From Candidatus Kapaibacterium sp. (GTDB lineage Bacteria > Bacteroidota > Ignavibacteria > Kapaibacteriales > UBA2268): a stretch of DNA of 64,000 nucleotides. The notes below the pieces were generated by a model that saw nothing but the letters and a program-made list of their open reading frames with translations, did not search any database and had not been told where the DNA came from. This document shows, piece by piece, positions 32,306-44,609 of this stretch. Positions within the stretch are counted from its first letter, which is position 1. Every line of letters begins with the position of its first letter. The translations under genes and the position numbers were made by a program. Location of the stretch: the NCBI GenBank assembly GCA_963664875.1, contig OY761611.1, forward strand, positions 2,912,001-2,976,000, given 5' to 3'.

Positions 32306-34360
32306 ATGGCGCGGCAAAAAGACATCGCAAAGATTAGAAACATTGGTATTATGGCTCACATTGATGCCGGTAAAACAACGACAACGGAAAGAATCCTTTT
32401 CTATTCAGGCTACTTACACAAAATCGGTGAAGTAGATGATGGTACTGCATTCATGGATTCCATGGATCAGGAAAAAGAAAGAGGGATTACTATTATGTCC
32501 GCTGCTACTACTACTTATTGGAATGACCACCAAATCAATATTATTGATACACCAGGTCACGTTGATTTTACTGCTGAAGTGCAGAGATCGCTTAGAGTAT
32601 TAGATGGTGCTATAGCTCTTTTTTGTGCAGTTGGAGGGGTAGAACCTCAATCTGAAACAGTATGGCATCAAGCTGATGAATACAAAGTGCCGAGAATTGC
32701 TCACATAAACAAAATGGATAGATCCGGTGCGGATTTTTATCGTGTTTTGCGTATGATGAGGGAGAGGTTAGAAACCAATCCGATAGCAATTCAGATACCA
32801 ATAGGAGCTGAAGACACTTATGAAGGTGTTATCGATCTAATTAACATGAAGGCTATCTACTTTAATCAAGAAGATCAGGGCTTGACGATGGAATACAAAG
32901 ATATTCCCGACAACTACTTGGCTAAAGCAGAAGAGTACAGATCTATAATGGTTGAAGCCATTGCCGAGAAAGATGACGAAATGCTTGGTAAATACTTAGA
33001 GGGCGAAGAGCCTTCGAGCGATGAGCTTAAAAGAGTATTGAGAGCAGCTGTTATTTCTCGTGAGATAGTACCGGTAACTTGCGGTACTTCCTTAAAAAAT
33101 TCGGGTGTTCAACCCCTTATGGATTCTGTTATTGATTATTTACCTTCGCCTCTTGAAGTTGTATATCAAGAGGGTTATGATGTAGATAACATAGAAAAGA
33201 AAATATCCCGCAAACCTGACGAAAATGAGCCATTCTCTGCTTTGGCATTTAAAGTGCTCTCTGACCCATATATGGGTAGAGTAACATTTGCAAGAATATA
33301 CTCAGGAAAGCTCGAATTGGGGCAAACGGTACAAAATCCGGGTGCCGACAAGAAAGAGAAAATCTTGAAAATATTTAAAATGATGTCCAATAGAAGAGAA
33401 GAGATCAAAGAAGCGTCAATCGGAGATATTGTAGCTATACCTGGTCTTAGGTTTACTAAAACCGGTGATACTCTCTGCGATATGAAAAATCAGATTTTAT
33501 TCGAAAAAATCAGATTTGCCGAACCTGTAATAAAACAAAGTATAGAAGCTAAGACTTTAGCAGATCAGGACAAACTTATTGCTGTACTCGAAAAGTTAAG
33601 CGATGAGGATCCTACCTTTAAGTTTGAAAACGACGAAGATAGTGGTCAGCTTTTGATAGCCGGAGTTGGTGAGCTTCACCTTGAGATAATTGCAGATAGG
33701 CTCGACAGAGAGTTTAAAGTACCTGCTCGCTTAGGCAAACCTCAAGTAGCATACCGAGAAACTGTATCTTCAAGGACAGTCCACGAGGCAGAGTTTAATC
33801 GTGAGATAGCCGGAAAGAAACAGTATGGTCATGTAACAATAGAGCTTTTCCCCGAGGAACGTGGCAAAGGCATCTGCTTTGAAAACAAAGTAGAGCTCAA
33901 AGCTCTCGATCAAGAAATGCGAGACGCTTTGAAAACCGGAGCTACGCTCGGATTGCAAGTGGGACCACAAGGCTATACGATGATAGATGTAGGTGTCAGG
34001 TTAATTGATGTCAAACATGATTTAGATGCTTCCACTGCTATGGGTTATAAAATAGCAATATCAAATGCAGTAAGGGAAGCAGCACAAAAGGCTGACCCGA
34101 TATTGCTTGAGCCTGTATTTAGTTTGGAAGTAGTATCTCCTGATGAATATATGGGAGATATAATAGCCGACCTAAGTAGCAGAAGAGGAAGAATAGAAGG
34201 CATCAGTCAAAGAGGAAATATGCAGGTAATTCATGGGTTAGCACCCCTTTCGGAAATGTTTGGTTATGTTACTAAACTAAGATCCGCAAGCCAGGGAAGA
34301 GCAGTTTACACAATGGTATTCTCTCACTATGAACCTGCTTTAAAGAAAGAAATGTTTTAA
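32306..34360 (+). CDS. fusA: Elongation factor G, divergent str-operon paralog (EF-G2-like)
   Basis: [19 protein letters not shown] and DTPGHVDF intact; domain IV loops degenerate. Confidence 0.9.
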   Translation: MARQKDIAKIRNIGIMAHIDAGKTTTTERILFYSGYLHKIGEVDDGTAFMDSMDQEKERGITIMSAATTTYWNDHQINIIDTPGHVDFTAEVQRSLRVLDGAIALFCAVGGVEPQSETVWHQADEYKVPRIAHINKMDRSGADFYRVLRMMRERLETNPIAIQIPIGAEDTYEGVIDLINMKAIYFNQEDQGLTMEYKDIPDNYLAKAEEYRSIMVEAIAEKDDEMLGKYLEGEEPSSDELKRVLRAAVISREIVPVTCGTSLKNSGVQPLMDSVIDYLPSPLEVVYQEGYDVDNIEKKISRKPDENEPFSALAFKVLSDPYMGRVTFARIYSGKLELGQTVQNPGADKKEKILKIFKMMSNRREEIKEASIGDIVAIPGLRFTKTGDTLCDMKNQILFEKIRFAEPVIKQSIEAKTLADQDKLIAVLEKLSDEDPTFKFENDEDSGQLLIAGVGELHLEIIADRLDREFKVPARLGKPQVAYRETVSSRTVHEAEFNREIAGKKQYGHVTIELFPEERGKGICFENKVELKALDQEMRDALKTGATLGLQVGPQGYTMIDVGVRLIDVKHDLDASTAMGYKIAISNAVREAAQKADPILLEPVFSLEVVSPDEYMGDIIADLSSRRGRIEGISQRGNMQVIHGLAPLSEMFGYVTKLRSASQGRAVYTMVFSHYEPALKKEMF

Positions 34361-34407
34361 TTATCCTTTTTTTTTAAATATACGCATTAACAAAAGGAAC
34401 TATTGAA

Positions 34408-35619
34408 ATGGCTAAGGAAAAATTTGATCGCAGTAAACCCCACGTCAACGTTGGTACAATTGGACACGTTGATCATGGTAAAACTACACTAACAGCAGCT
34501 ATCACTATGGCTTTGGCTGTAAAAGATACAAGTGCTGAAAAACGCTCTTTTGATTCTATCGATAACGCTCCAGAAGAAAAAGAACGCGGTATTACAATCG
34601 CAACTGCTCACGTTGAGTATGAAACAGCTGCTCGTCACTATGCTCACGTTGACTGCCCTGGTCACGCTGACTACGTGAAAAACATGATCACTGGTGCTGC
34701 TCAGATGGACGGTGCGATATTAGTATGTGCGGCTACTGACGGTCCTATGCCTCAGACACGCGAACACATCTTGCTTGCTCGTCAGGTAGGTGTTCCAAGA
34801 ATCGTAGTATTCTTGAATAAAGTAGATATCGCTGACGCAGAATTGTTAGAATTGGTTGAAATGGAACTTAGAGATCTATTGAACCAATACGAATTCCCGG
34901 GCGATGATCTTCCAATCGTACCAGGCTCAGCTTTATTAGCATTAGAAGCTGGTTCAGAAGACGGCGTTTCTGCTGACGACGAAAGATTGCAATGTATCTA
35001 CAACTTGATGGATCAGGTTGATGAATATATCCCAACTCCTGAAAGAGATACTGAAAAACCATTCTTGATGCCTGTAGAGGACGTGTTCTCAATCACAGGT
35101 CGTGGTACAGTAGCAACAGGTCGTATCGAACGCGGTATAGTAAAAGTAAACGAAGAAGTTGAAATCGTAGGTTTCGGTCTTCAGAAAAAAACTACTTGTA
35201 CAGGCGTTGAAATGTTCCGTAAACTTCTTGATGAAGGTAGAGCAGGCGATAACGTTGGTCTATTGCTTCGTGGTGTAGACAAAAACGAAATCGAACGCGG
35301 TATGGTTATCTCTAAACCAGGTTCAATCAAACCTCACCACAAATTTACAGCTCAGGTTTACGTGTTGAAAAAAGAAGAAGGTGGACGCCACACTCCATTC
35401 TTTAATGGATATCGCCCTCAGTTCTACTTCCGTACAACAGACGTAACAGGCTCACTTACTTTACCTGAAGGTACAGAAATGGTTATGCCTGGCGACAACT
35501 TGGATGCTATCTCTATCGAACTAATTACTCCGGTTGCGATGGAAGAAGGTTTGCGCTTTGCGATCCGTGAAGGCGGTCGTACAGTAGGTGCAGGTGTTGT
35601 TACAAAAATTATCGAATAG
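34408..35619 (+). CDS. tuf: Elongation factor Tu
   Basis: [28 protein letters not shown]. Confidence 0.99.
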   Translation: MAKEKFDRSKPHVNVGTIGHVDHGKTTLTAAITMALAVKDTSAEKRSFDSIDNAPEEKERGITIATAHVEYETAARHYAHVDCPGHADYVKNMITGAAQMDGAILVCAATDGPMPQTREHILLARQVGVPRIVVFLNKVDIADAELLELVEMELRDLLNQYEFPGDDLPIVPGSALLALEAGSEDGVSADDERLQCIYNLMDQVDEYIPTPERDTEKPFLMPVEDVFSITGRGTVATGRIERGIVKVNEEVEIVGFGLQKKTTCTGVEMFRKLLDEGRAGDNVGLLLRGVDKNEIERGMVISKPGSIKPHHKFTAQVYVLKKEEGGRHTPFFNGYRPQFYFRTTDVTGSLTLPEGTEMVMPGDNLDAISIELITPVAMEEGLRFAIREGGRTVGAGVVTKIIE

Positions 35620-35684
35620 TCAGTTTTAATGAACCTGAGGAAAACTAAACAGATTATCACAGGTAAATAAGTTGAGGAAATAAA

Positions 35685-35993
35685 GTGGCAACACAAAAAA
35701 TAAGAATCAAGTTAAAATCATACGATCATAAACTGATTGATAAATCATCAGAAAGAATAGTACGTACCGTAAAACAGACCGGAGCAGTTGTCTCCGGTCC
35801 GGTACCTCTGCCGACTCGTAGAACTGTTTATACTGTAAACCGTTCACCACACGTGGACAAAAAATCAAGAGAACAGTTTGAAGCAAGAATACACAAAAGG
35901 TTGATTGATATTTTCAGTTCATCTCAAAAAACTATCGATGCCTTGATGAGGTTAGAATTGCCGGCAGGCGTTGAAGTTGAAGTAAAGGTATAA
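35685..35993 (+). CDS. rpsJ: 30S ribosomal protein S10
   Basis: [22 protein letters not shown]. Confidence 0.98.
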   Translation: MATQKIRIKLKSYDHKLIDKSSERIVRTVKQTGAVVSGPVPLPTRRTVYTVNRSPHVDKKSREQFEARIHKRLIDIFSSSQKTIDALMRLELPAGVEVEVKV

Positions 35994-36009
35994 GGGGAGG
36001 ACAAACGAA

Positions 36010-36633
36010 ATGCAAACAGCAATTTTAGGTAAAAAAATTGGTATGACAAGCTTGTTTACTGCAACCGGTGAACATATCCCCGTTACAGTAGTCGAAGCCG
36101 GTCCATGCCCTGTAGTGTTGAAAAGAACTGAAGATAAAGACGGCTATAAAGCAATCCAGATAGGTTTTGGTGCAACTACAGAAAAACGCACAAATAAACC
36201 AATGATGGGTCAGTTTACTAAAGCCGGTGTCGAACCTAAAAAAGTATTAAGAGAATTTCGTGATGTAGCTACTGAATATAATGTAGGTGATACAATAACA
36301 GTAGAAGCATTCACAAAAGGTGATAAGGTACACGTATCAGGTACAAGCAAAGGTCGCGGTTTTGCCGGTGTAATGAGACGCCACAACTTTAGCGGTGTGG
36401 GTATGGCTACACACGGTCAGAAAAACCGCCAGAGACACCCGGGTTCTGTTGGTATGTCGAGCGATCCTTCAAGAGTACTTAAAGGAATGCGCATGGGCGG
36501 CCAAATGGGTAACAAGAAAGCAACTACCCGTAACCTGGAAATCGTGGAAGTAATCCCGGATAAAAACCTAATCCTTGTGAAAGGAAGCGTACCGGGTGCA
36601 CCTAATTCATTATTGGAAATAGTTAAGCAATAA
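36010..36633 (+). CDS. rplC: 50S ribosomal protein L3
   Basis: GKKIGMT, SKGRGFAG, KGSVPG. Confidence 0.98.
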   Translation: MQTAILGKKIGMTSLFTATGEHIPVTVVEAGPCPVVLKRTEDKDGYKAIQIGFGATTEKRTNKPMMGQFTKAGVEPKKVLREFRDVATEYNVGDTITVEAFTKGDKVHVSGTSKGRGFAGVMRRHNFSGVGMATHGQKNRQRHPGSVGMSSDPSRVLKGMRMGGQMGNKKATTRNLEIVEVIPDKNLILVKGSVPGAPNSLLEIVKQ

Positions 36634-36642
36634 GGCGATAAA

Positions 36643-37269
36643 ATGCAGGTAGATCTTTTTAATAAAGATGGGCAGACATCCGGCTCAGTAGAATTGCAAG
36701 ATTCGATTTTTGGTATAGAGCCAAACGAAAATGCAATGCACCAAGCCGTTCTTGTTTACTTAGCTCATCAAAGACAAGGTAATCATAAGACAAAAATCCG
36801 CTCAGAAGTATCAGGTGGTGGTAAAAAACCTTGGCGTCAGAAAGGACGCGGCACGGCTCGCGCCGGCTCCACAAGGTCACCTTTATGGGTTGGCGGTGGT
36901 ACTGTCCACGGACCAAAAGTGCACAGATATAATTTGAAAATTACTAAAAAATTAGCACGATTGGCGAAAAAATCAGCCTTTTCAATGAGAGCACAAGAAA
37001 AGAATCTGATGGTAATAGAAGACTTTTCTTTCGATCAAATTAGAACAAAAGATATGGCAAAAGTACTCAAAAACTTGAAGCTCGAAGGCCAAAAAGTATT
37101 GGTATTGTTGCCCAATATCGACCATAAGCTCTTGATGTCAGCACGTAATATACCCGGTGTTGATGTTTTCCAAGCTGATTTGATTAGCACTTATGATATT
37201 TTAAATCATAAAAAGATCCTTCTATTCAAAGGTGCGATAGTAAATATCGAGAATGCTTTTAATAATTAA
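36643..37269 (+). CDS. rplD: 50S ribosomal protein L4
   Basis: GGGKKPWRQKGRGTARAGS. Confidence 0.98.
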   Translation: MQVDLFNKDGQTSGSVELQDSIFGIEPNENAMHQAVLVYLAHQRQGNHKTKIRSEVSGGGKKPWRQKGRGTARAGSTRSPLWVGGGTVHGPKVHRYNLKITKKLARLAKKSAFSMRAQEKNLMVIEDFSFDQIRTKDMAKVLKNLKLEGQKVLVLLPNIDHKLLMSARNIPGVDVFQADLISTYDILNHKKILLFKGAIVNIENAFNN

Positions 37270-37284
37270 TAGTGGTATATAATA

Positions 37285-37581
37285 ATGATCCAGGTATTAA
37301 AACGACCGGTTATCACAGAAAAAGCGATGAAGCTTGCGGAGCAAGGTCAATACGTATTTGAATGCCATCCGGATGCAAATAAAATACAGATCAAACAAGC
37401 AATTGAAGAAATGTATGAAGTGAATGTGATAAGCGTACGTACAGCCAGAATAAAAGGAAAAAGAAAAATGCGTTACACTAAACGCGGTCTTATGAGAGGC
37501 AGTACGGCATTGAGAAAAAAAGCATTCATCAGGCTGAAAGAAGGACAAGAAATTGAGTTGGTAAGTGGAGCTCAAGGCTAA
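37285..37581 (+). CDS. rplW: 50S ribosomal protein L23
   Basis: RPVITEKA, ANKIQIK, KKAFIRL. Confidence 0.97.
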   Translation: MIQVLKRPVITEKAMKLAEQGQYVFECHPDANKIQIKQAIEEMYEVNVISVRTARIKGKRKMRYTKRGLMRGSTALRKKAFIRLKEGQEIELVSGAQG

Positions 37582-37625
37582 TTTAATTTATTCTAGTATT
37601 CAAAATAAAAAAGTGACGACGAAAG

Positions 37626-38465
37626 ATGGCACTAAGAATATTAAAACCTATTACTCCGGGTACGCGCTTTTACTCTGTAAGCTCTTTTGACGAAGTAACT
37701 ACGGATAAGCCATATAAAAAACTTACAACTGCCCTAAAAAAATCAGGTGGACGAAACAATACCGGACGTATTACGTCTCGTCACCGCGGGGGTGGTCATA
37801 AAAGAAGATACCGTATTATAGATTTCAAAAGAAATAAAATCGGTATGAAGGCTTTCGTAGAAACTATCGAATACGATCCGAACAGATCGGCTCGTATAGC
37901 TTTAGTAAAGTACGAAGATGGTGAGTACAGATATATACTCGCTCCGGATAAATTGAAGGTAGGACAGGAAATAATTGCCGGACCTGAAGTGGAATATAAC
38001 GATGGTAATGCACTGCCGTTAGCAAAAATTCCGGTTGGTCTATTCATCCATAATATTGAGATGAAGCCAGGCAAAGGTGGACAACTCGTAAGAAGTGCAG
38101 GTACTGCGGCGCAGCTTGTCGGTTTCGACGGTAAATACGCTCAGGTAAAATTGCCTTCAGGCGAAATGAGATTAATCCCTAAAGTATGCTATGCAACTTT
38201 GGGTACAGTAAGCAACCATGACCACGAAAATATAATGAAAGGTAAAGCCGGCCGTAATAGATGGTTAGGTATCAGACCTCAGACTCGTGGTATGGCAATG
38301 AACCCGATCGATCACCCTATGGGCGGTGGTGAAGGTACTTCTAAATCAGGTGGTGGACGTCAACATCCGAGAACTCCTTGGGGTAAATACACTAAAGGTC
38401 TTAAAACTCGTAAAAAACGTAACTTATCTGATAAATTCATTGTTCGTAGAAGAAATAAAAAATAA
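37626..38465 (+). CDS. rplB: 50S ribosomal protein L2
   Basis: [22 protein letters not shown]. Confidence 0.98.
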   Translation: MALRILKPITPGTRFYSVSSFDEVTTDKPYKKLTTALKKSGGRNNTGRITSRHRGGGHKRRYRIIDFKRNKIGMKAFVETIEYDPNRSARIALVKYEDGEYRYILAPDKLKVGQEIIAGPEVEYNDGNALPLAKIPVGLFIHNIEMKPGKGGQLVRSAGTAAQLVGFDGKYAQVKLPSGEMRLIPKVCYATLGTVSNHDHENIMKGKAGRNRWLGIRPQTRGMAMNPIDHPMGGGEGTSKSGGGRQHPRTPWGKYTKGLKTRKKRNLSDKFIVRRRNKK

Positions 38466-38477
38466 TAGGTGCGTGGT

Positions 38478-38747
38478 ATGTCTCGCTCATTAAAAAAAGG
38501 TATTTTCGTACACTATAAATTGCAGAAGAAAATCGACGATCTTAATAACGCTAGTCAGAAAAAAGTTATTAAGACATGGTCGAGAGCTTCTACTATAACG
38601 CCTGATTTTGTAAATCATACTGTAGCTGTACACAATGGTAAAAACTTCATCCCTGTATTTGTTACAGAAAACATGGTTGGGCATAAATTAGGTGAGTTTG
38701 CTCCAACCAGGACTTATAGAGGACATGCAGGTCACAGGAAAAAATAA
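38478..38747 (+). CDS. rpsS: 30S ribosomal protein S19
   Basis: [21 protein letters not shown]. Confidence 0.98.
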   Translation: MSRSLKKGIFVHYKLQKKIDDLNNASQKKVIKTWSRASTITPDFVNHTVAVHNGKNFIPVFVTENMVGHKLGEFAPTRTYRGHAGHRKK

Positions 38748-38774
38748 AAATAAGATAACACCATTGGAGTTATA

Positions 38775-39134
38775 ATGGAAGCAAAGGCTTTAAAAAAGTA
38801 TATTAGATGCTCGCCACGTAAAATGCGTTTAGTAATTGACATGATTCGTGGCAAAAAAGCAGATGAAGCATTGACTATATTAAGGTTCTCTCCTAAAAGA
38901 GCCGCCAGCGATGCTGAAAAAGTGCTACGCTCTGCAGTAGCAAACTTGACTCTAAAAGCTCAGAATGAGCAGTTAGCTATCAACGATGATGACGTTTTTG
39001 TAAAAGCTGCTATGGTTGATGCAGGTCCTGCTATGAAAAGAATTCGCCCTGCGCCAATGGGTAGAGCTTACAGAGTAAGAAAAAGAACTAATCATCTGAC
39101 TATTGTTGTAGCAACTGTAGATAATTTAAAATAA
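38775..39134 (+). CDS. rplV: 50S ribosomal protein L22
   Basis: SPRKMRLV, RPAPMGRA. Confidence 0.97.
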   Translation: MEAKALKKYIRCSPRKMRLVIDMIRGKKADEALTILRFSPKRAASDAEKVLRSAVANLTLKAQNEQLAINDDDVFVKAAMVDAGPAMKRIRPAPMGRAYRVRKRTNHLTIVVATVDNLK

Positions 39135-39143
39135 GGATTTGCA

Positions 39144-39770
39144 ATGGGACAAAAGATAAACCCTATCGGCTTTAGATTGGGTATCAACAGAAGCTGGGAT
39201 GCGAACTGGTTCGATGAAAAGAACTTGGCTGAAAAGCTTGCTGAAGATGTCCGCGTAAGAGCTTACATCAGACAACGTAAGAAAAAAGCCGGTATCGCTA
39301 GAATCTTAGTTGAAAGAACTGCTAAACAACTTAGAATAACTATCAATACTTCAAGACCGGGTGTAATTATCGGTCGTAGCGGTAAAGATATTACTCAGTT
39401 GGAAGAAGAGCTTAAAAAACTTACATCTAAAGATGTAAAAATTCTTATCAGCGAAGTAAAAAGACCTGAATTGGATGCTTTGCTCGTAGCTGATAATATC
39501 GCTCAGCAATTAGAAGGCAGAATCTCTTTCCGTAGAGCGATGAAACAAGCTGTTTCCGGTGCTATGAGAACCGGTGCAAATGGTATCCGCGTAATGTGCT
39601 CAGGCCGCTTGGGTGGCGCTGAAATGGCACGTACTGAACAGTACAAACAAGGAAGAATTCCATTGCATACGCTTAGAGCAAATATAGACTATGGCACTGC
39701 AACTGCCCATACAATTTATGGAGCACTTGGTGTAAAAGTTTGGATTTGTAAAGGCGATATAATTGGTTAA
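39144..39770 (+). CDS. rpsC: 30S ribosomal protein S3
   Basis: [27 protein letters not shown]. Confidence 0.98.
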   Translation: MGQKINPIGFRLGINRSWDANWFDEKNLAEKLAEDVRVRAYIRQRKKKAGIARILVERTAKQLRITINTSRPGVIIGRSGKDITQLEEELKKLTSKDVKILISEVKRPELDALLVADNIAQQLEGRISFRRAMKQAVSGAMRTGANGIRVMCSGRLGGAEMARTEQYKQGRIPLHTLRANIDYGTATAHTIYGALGVKVWICKGDIIG

Positions 39771-39806
39771 ATTTGTAGTAGTAGTATATACGGCGGGTAA
39801 TTTATT

Positions 39807-40238
39807 ATGTTAATGCCCAAAAGAGTAAAGAGAAGAAAGACCCAACGCGGTACCATGAAGGGCAAAGCAATCAAAGGCTCATTGGTTACTTTCGGTTCAT
39901 TTGGTTTAAAAGCTTTAGAACCAAAATGGATCACTAACCGTCAAATCGAGTCTGCTCGTATTGCGATCAACAGGTACTTAAAACGCGATGGTAAAGTATG
40001 GATAAGAATATTTCCTGACAAACCATTTACTAAACAACCGGCCGAAACTCGTATGGGTAAAGGTAAAGGTAGCCCTGAGGGCTGGGTAGCGGTGGTAAAA
40101 CCGGGAAGAATTTTATTCGAAATCGACGGTGTGAGTGAAGAGGCAGCTAAAGAAGCTTTAAGGCTTGCTTCTCACAAATTACCAATTCAAACAAAATTTG
40201 TCAAACGTATCGATTTAGTGTATAATGAAGCCTCGTAA
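39807..40238 (+). CDS. rplP: 50S ribosomal protein L16
   Basis: [16 protein letters not shown]. Confidence 0.98.
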   Translation: MLMPKRVKRRKTQRGTMKGKAIKGSLVTFGSFGLKALEPKWITNRQIESARIAINRYLKRDGKVWIRIFPDKPFTKQPAETRMGKGKGSPEGWVAVVKPGRILFEIDGVSEEAAKEALRLASHKLPIQTKFVKRIDLVYNEAS

Positions 40239-40425
40239 AGCTGAAGTATTGAGAGAACTCACCCAGGAAGAATTGGTGAACGCACTTGGCGAAGCTGAAG
40301 AAACTTTCGCAAAACAGCGATTTCAGCACGCGTTAAAGCAGCTTCATGATACCAGCTACCTGAAGATCTTGAAAAAAGATATAGCTAGAATGAAAACTAT
40401 CCTAAACGAACGTCACAGTTCATAG
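40225..40425 (+). CDS. rpmC: 50S ribosomal protein L29
   Basis: LRELT...[13 protein letters not shown]; synteny. Confidence 0.93.
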   Translation: MKPRKAEVLRELTQEELVNALGEAEETFAKQRFQHALKQLHDTSYLKILKKDIARMKTILNERHSS

Positions 40426-40441
40426 TTAGTGAGAGAAGAAA

Positions 40442-40777
40442 ATGGAAGAGATGAAAAATCAAACTGTAAATACTCCTGAAGTAAATCAAGAAGTAGTTCG
40501 CGATATGGCTCAGGGAGCTCAAACAGTAAAATCAAGAAAGAGAATTCTTACAGGTAAGGTGGTATCTAATAAATGCGATAAAACCATCACTGTTTCAGTA
40601 GAGAGACAAATCGCACATCCAATCTATAAAAAGTACTACAAAAGAAGTAAGAAATTTATGGCTCATGATGTAGATAACTCTTGTAATATCGGTGATACTG
40701 TAAGAATTAGAGAATGCAGACCTCTTAGCGCTAAAAAGCGTTGGGAACTTGTAGATATTTTAATGCGTGCGAAGTAA
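40442..40777 (+). CDS. rpsQ: 30S ribosomal protein S17 (N-terminally extended)
   Basis: [25 protein letters not shown]. Confidence 0.96.
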   Translation: MEEMKNQTVNTPEVNQEVVRDMAQGAQTVKSRKRILTGKVVSNKCDKTITVSVERQIAHPIYKKYYKRSKKFMAHDVDNSCNIGDTVRIRECRPLSAKKRWELVDILMRAK

Positions 40778-40790
40778 AAAGGAATAAACC

Positions 40791-41159
40791 ATGGTACAAG
40801 AAGAAACCAATCTTGCAGTCGCTGACAACTCTGGTGCTAAAAAAGTAAGATGCATCCGTGTACTCGGCGGTCATGGAAAAAAATACGCATCCGTTGGGGA
40901 TATGATAATAGTTGCCGTAAAAGCTGCTATTCCTAACTCTGCAGTAAAAAAAGGTACGGTGCAGAAAGCTGTAGTAGTCAGAACCGCTAAAGAAATACAA
41001 AGAAAAGATGGCTCTTGCATCAGGTTCGACGAAAATGCAGCTGTGATACTCAACGATAAAGGGGAACCTAAAGGTACTCGTATTTTCGGACCTGTTGCCC
41101 GCGAATTGCGTGAAAAGAACTATATGAAGATAGTATCATTAGCACCCGAAGTTCTTTAA
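40791..41159 (+). CDS. rplN: 50S ribosomal protein L14
   Basis: [19 protein letters not shown]. Confidence 0.98.
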   Translation: MVQEETNLAVADNSGAKKVRCIRVLGGHGKKYASVGDMIIVAVKAAIPNSAVKKGTVQKAVVVRTAKEIQRKDGSCIRFDENAAVILNDKGEPKGTRIFGPVARELREKNYMKIVSLAPEVL

Positions 41160-41173
41160 TAAAGGTGAGCTAA

Positions 41174-41506
41174 ATGAAGTTAAAAATAAGAAAAAATGAC
41201 ACTGTAAAGGTCATATCCGGTAACTCAGCGGGTACTGTAGGCAGAGTCCTAGAAGTTTACCCTGAAAAAATGAGAGTACTTGTAGAAGGTGTGAATGTTC
41301 GTGTGAAACACATGAAACCAAACCAACAGAATCAACAAGGTGGCAAAGTATCAATGGAAATGCCAATTCACTACTCTAATGTGATGATAGTTGACTCTGA
41401 AGGCAAACCTACAAGAGTAGGTGTAAGACACGAAATTCAAGAAAAAGACGGTAAGCAAAAAAGAAAAGCTATCCGCGTAGCAAAGTCAAACGGTAAAGAT
41501 TTATAA
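41174..41506 (+). CDS. rplX: 50S ribosomal protein L24
   Basis: KOW VKVISG, VEGVN, EMPIHYSNV. Confidence 0.97.
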   Translation: MKLKIRKNDTVKVISGNSAGTVGRVLEVYPEKMRVLVEGVNVRVKHMKPNQQNQQGGKVSMEMPIHYSNVMIVDSEGKPTRVGVRHEIQEKDGKQKRKAIRVAKSNGKDL

Positions 41507-41524
41507 TTTTTATAAAAAAGTAAT

Positions 41525-42172
41525 ATGGCTAAGAACAAGAATAATCAGCAAACAGCTACGGCAGGCAAGTCCGATTTCGTTTTCGAAGGTAAAAGACTCG
41601 AAGATGTACAGGGCGCACAGCCACCTGTCCCTAGATTAGCTGAATTCTACAAAGAAAAAGTCGTACCTGCACTCATGAAAAAATTCAATTACTCCTCAGT
41701 AATGCAGGTTCCAAAATTGGAAAAAATCTGCTTGAACATGGGTATAGGCGACGCTGTACAAGACAAAAAACTTTTGCAAAGTGCTATCAACGAGTTAGAG
41801 CTTATCACCGGTCAAAGACCTTCGATAAGAAAAGCTAAAAAAGCTATTTCTAACTTTAAACTACGTCAAGATGTTCCAATCGGCTGTATGGTAACTCTTA
41901 GAAGAGCTAATATGTTCGAATTTTTGGACAGATTTATCAATATTTCTGCTCCTCGTATTCGTGACTTTAGAGGCTTTTCCGATAAAAGTTTTGACGGCAG
42001 GGGTAATTTCTCTATTGGTATCAAAGAGCAAATTATTTTCCCTGAAATTGATGTCGATAAAGTAAGTAGAATCTCAGGCTTGGATATAACTTTCGTAGTT
42101 AGATCTAACAGCGATGAAGAAACGAAAGCTTTAATGGATGAATTTGGTTTTCCGTTCCGTAGAAAAGACTAA
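41525..42172 (+). CDS. rplE: 50S ribosomal protein L5 (N-terminally extended)
   Basis: [26 protein letters not shown]. Confidence 0.97.
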   Translation: MAKNKNNQQTATAGKSDFVFEGKRLEDVQGAQPPVPRLAEFYKEKVVPALMKKFNYSSVMQVPKLEKICLNMGIGDAVQDKKLLQSAINELELITGQRPSIRKAKKAISNFKLRQDVPIGCMVTLRRANMFEFLDRFINISAPRIRDFRGFSDKSFDGRGNFSIGIKEQIIFPEIDVDKVSRISGLDITFVVRSNSDEETKALMDEFGFPFRRKD

Positions 42173-42183
42173 AGAAGGTAGCT

Positions 42184-42453
42184 ATGTCAAAAGTTTCAAT
42201 TATAGCTCGTAACGAGAAAAGAAAAAGACTAGTAGAAAAATATGCAGAAAAAAGAGCTGCATTAAAAGAAGCCGGAGACCACGAAGGTTTACAAAAGCTT
42301 CCAAGAAACTCTGCTCCTACTAGACTACGTAATCGTTGCTCAGTTACAGGCAGAGGTCGCGGTGTTTACCGTAAGTTCGGGATCTGTCGTAATGTCTTCC
42401 GCCAGTTGGCTTCTGAAGGCAAAATTCCCGGTATTCGTAAGGCAAGTTGGTAA
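42184..42453 (+). CDS. rpsN: 30S ribosomal protein S14, 89-aa form without a full zinc ribbon
   Basis: [25 protein letters not shown]. Confidence 0.97.
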   Translation: MSKVSIIARNEKRKRLVEKYAEKRAALKEAGDHEGLQKLPRNSAPTRLRNRCSVTGRGRGVYRKFGICRNVFRQLASEGKIPGIRKASW

Positions 42454-42473
42454 TTTTATTAACGGTAGAAATT

Positions 42474-42869
42474 ATGCCAGTAACAGATCAAATAGCAGAT
42501 TTTATCACTCGAATTAGAAATGCAGGTGCTGCAGGAAACAAAAAAGTTTCTGCACCTAAATCTAAGGTAAAAGTGGCAATTGCTAATATTCTAAAAGATC
42601 AAGGTTATATCGAAGACTTTAAAGTAATCGATGAAGGTGTGCAAGGCACAATAGAAGTATCTATCAGATACTATCGCAAAAAACCTTCTATTCTTGAAAT
42701 CAAAAGAATAAGCAAACCAGGAAGACGTATCTACGTACCTGCGGAAAAATTACCAAGAGTAAGAAATGGTCTTGGTATAGCTATTGTCTCTACATCTAAA
42801 GGTGTTATGACAGACAAACAAGCTCGCAAGATGAACGTAGGTGGCGAAGTACTTTGTACTGTATGGTAA
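42474..42869 (+). CDS. rpsH: 30S ribosomal protein S8
   Basis: TDQIADFITRIRN, SKPGRRIY, GGEVLC. Confidence 0.97.
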   Translation: MPVTDQIADFITRIRNAGAAGNKKVSAPKSKVKVAIANILKDQGYIEDFKVIDEGVQGTIEVSIRYYRKKPSILEIKRISKPGRRIYVPAEKLPRVRNGLGIAIVSTSKGVMTDKQARKMNVGGEVLCTVW

Positions 42870-42892
42870 TTAAATGAATAAGGAGCACAATC

Positions 42893-43429
42893 GTGTCAAG
42901 GATTGGAAATAACCCGATCGTCGTACCAGATAAAGTGTCGTTATCAATCGAAGGTAAATCAGTAATAGCAAAAGGCCCTTTGGGCGAGCTTACTGTAACG
43001 ATACCAAATGATATCGAACTAAAATATGAAAATAACACGATCACTTTCGAAAGAAACAGCAACCTAAAACATGTTAGAGCTGCTCACGGTCTAGCAAGAG
43101 CATTGACATTTAATGCAGTAGAAGGTGTTGCTAACGGCTTCAACAAAGTGCTTAATATCGAAGGTGTTGGTTACAAAGCCGAAATGAAAGGCGAAAGATT
43201 GTATCTAGCTTTAGGCTATTCACATCCAATTTTGTTCATCCCACCGGATGGAATCAAATTTGAAGTAAAAGGTAACCAAATCACTGTAAGTGGTATCGAT
43301 AAACAACTGGTAGGACAAATTGCAGCTAAAGTCAGAGGCTTTCGTCCACCTGAACCATACAAAGGTAAAGGTATTCGCTACAATGGTGAATATGTGCGTC
43401 GCAAAGCTGGTAAGACTTCTGCAAAATAG
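42893..43429 (+). CDS. rplF: 50S ribosomal protein L6
   Basis: SRIGNNPI, RPPEPYKGKG. Confidence 0.98.
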   Translation: MSRIGNNPIVVPDKVSLSIEGKSVIAKGPLGELTVTIPNDIELKYENNTITFERNSNLKHVRAAHGLARALTFNAVEGVANGFNKVLNIEGVGYKAEMKGERLYLALGYSHPILFIPPDGIKFEVKGNQITVSGIDKQLVGQIAAKVRGFRPPEPYKGKGIRYNGEYVRRKAGKTSAK

Positions 43430-43471
43430 TTCGTTGAATAATTCAGATTTTATAGCAAAAAGAGCTTGAAA

Positions 43472-43840
43472 ATGAAAGCACAAGAACTAAAAATAAAGCG
43501 CAGATTAAAAAGAAAAAAACATATTCGTAAAGATATGTTTGGTACTCAAGAAAGACCGAGAATGTCAGTAAGTAGAAGTTTGTCACACATTTATGTGCAA
43601 CTTATCGATGATGATAACCAAAGAACTTTGGTAAGCGCTTCTACATTGGACAAAGAAATTAAGGCTTTACTTGAAGGTAAATCTAAAAAAGAGCAAAGCA
43701 AATTAGTTGGTGAAGTGATTGCTAAAAAAGCAATGGCTGCAAACATCAATACTGTTTGTTTTGACAGAAATGGATATTTGTACCATGGCCGCATCAAAGA
43801 ATTGGCAGATGCAGCCAGAAATGGTGGTTTGAAATTTTAA
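43472..43840 (+). CDS. rplR: 50S ribosomal protein L18
   Basis: [20 protein letters not shown]. Confidence 0.97.
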   Translation: MKAQELKIKRRLKRKKHIRKDMFGTQERPRMSVSRSLSHIYVQLIDDDNQRTLVSASTLDKEIKALLEGKSKKEQSKLVGEVIAKKAMAANINTVCFDRNGYLYHGRIKELADAARNGGLKF

Positions 43841-43860
43841 GTTCTGGAAAAGGAGATATC

Positions 43861-44364
43861 GTGGCAAAGATTAAAGCCTCAGAACTCGAATTGAAAGACA
43901 AACTGGTTTACGTAGGCCGTACTGCTAAGGTAGTAAAAGGTGGTCGTAGATTTACTTTCTCAGCTATGGTTGTAGTTGGTGACAGTAATGGCCACGTTGG
44001 GTACGGCTTAGGTAAAGCTAGTGAAGTTGTCGATGCTGTATCTAAAGCAACTGATGCAGCTAAGAAAAACATAGTTAAGATTCGATTGCAAGATAACACT
44101 ATCCCACACGAAGTACTCGGTAGATACGGTGCTGCTAAAGTGCTTATCAAACCTGCATCTGCGGGTACCGGTGTGATTGCTGCCGGTGGTATTCGTGCCA
44201 TCTTAGAATTAGCAGGTGTGCAAGACGTACTTACTAAATCGTTAGGTTCGTCTAATCCACACAATACAGTTAAAGCTGCAGTGGCTGGTCTTGCTTCATT
44301 GGAAGATGCTCACTCAGTAGCTGAAAGACGTGGAATTTCTGTTGATAAGGTTATCAACGGTTAG
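43861..44364 (+). CDS. rpsE: 30S ribosomal protein S5
   Basis: [21 protein letters not shown]. Confidence 0.98.
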   Translation: MAKIKASELELKDKLVYVGRTAKVVKGGRRFTFSAMVVVGDSNGHVGYGLGKASEVVDAVSKATDAAKKNIVKIRLQDNTIPHEVLGRYGAAKVLIKPASAGTGVIAAGGIRAILELAGVQDVLTKSLGSSNPHNTVKAAVAGLASLEDAHSVAERRGISVDKVING

Positions 44365-44407
44365 TCTGCTAACTGCAGAATATGGACTAATCTTAATAGG
44401 TGGTAAA

Positions 44408-44593
44408 ATGGGTAAACTAAAAATTACTCAAGTAAAAAGTATAATTAAAACTAAAAAGAAGCAAAAGCTTACGATTGAAGCATTAGGACTCGGAAGACCG
44501 AACTACTCTAATGTGTTGCCGGATAATGTACAAACACGCGGCATGATCGAAGTGGTAAAACATTTAGTTAATGTTGAAGAAGTTTCTGAATAA
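44408..44593 (+). CDS. rpmD: 50S ribosomal protein L30
   Basis: LKITQVKS...ALGL...RGMI..VKHLV; ATG 44408. Confidence 0.95.
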   Translation: MGKLKITQVKSIIKTKKKQKLTIEALGLGRPNYSNVLPDNVQTRGMIEVVKHLVNVEEVSE

Positions 44594-44609
44594 TATAAGA
44601 AGTTAATAG

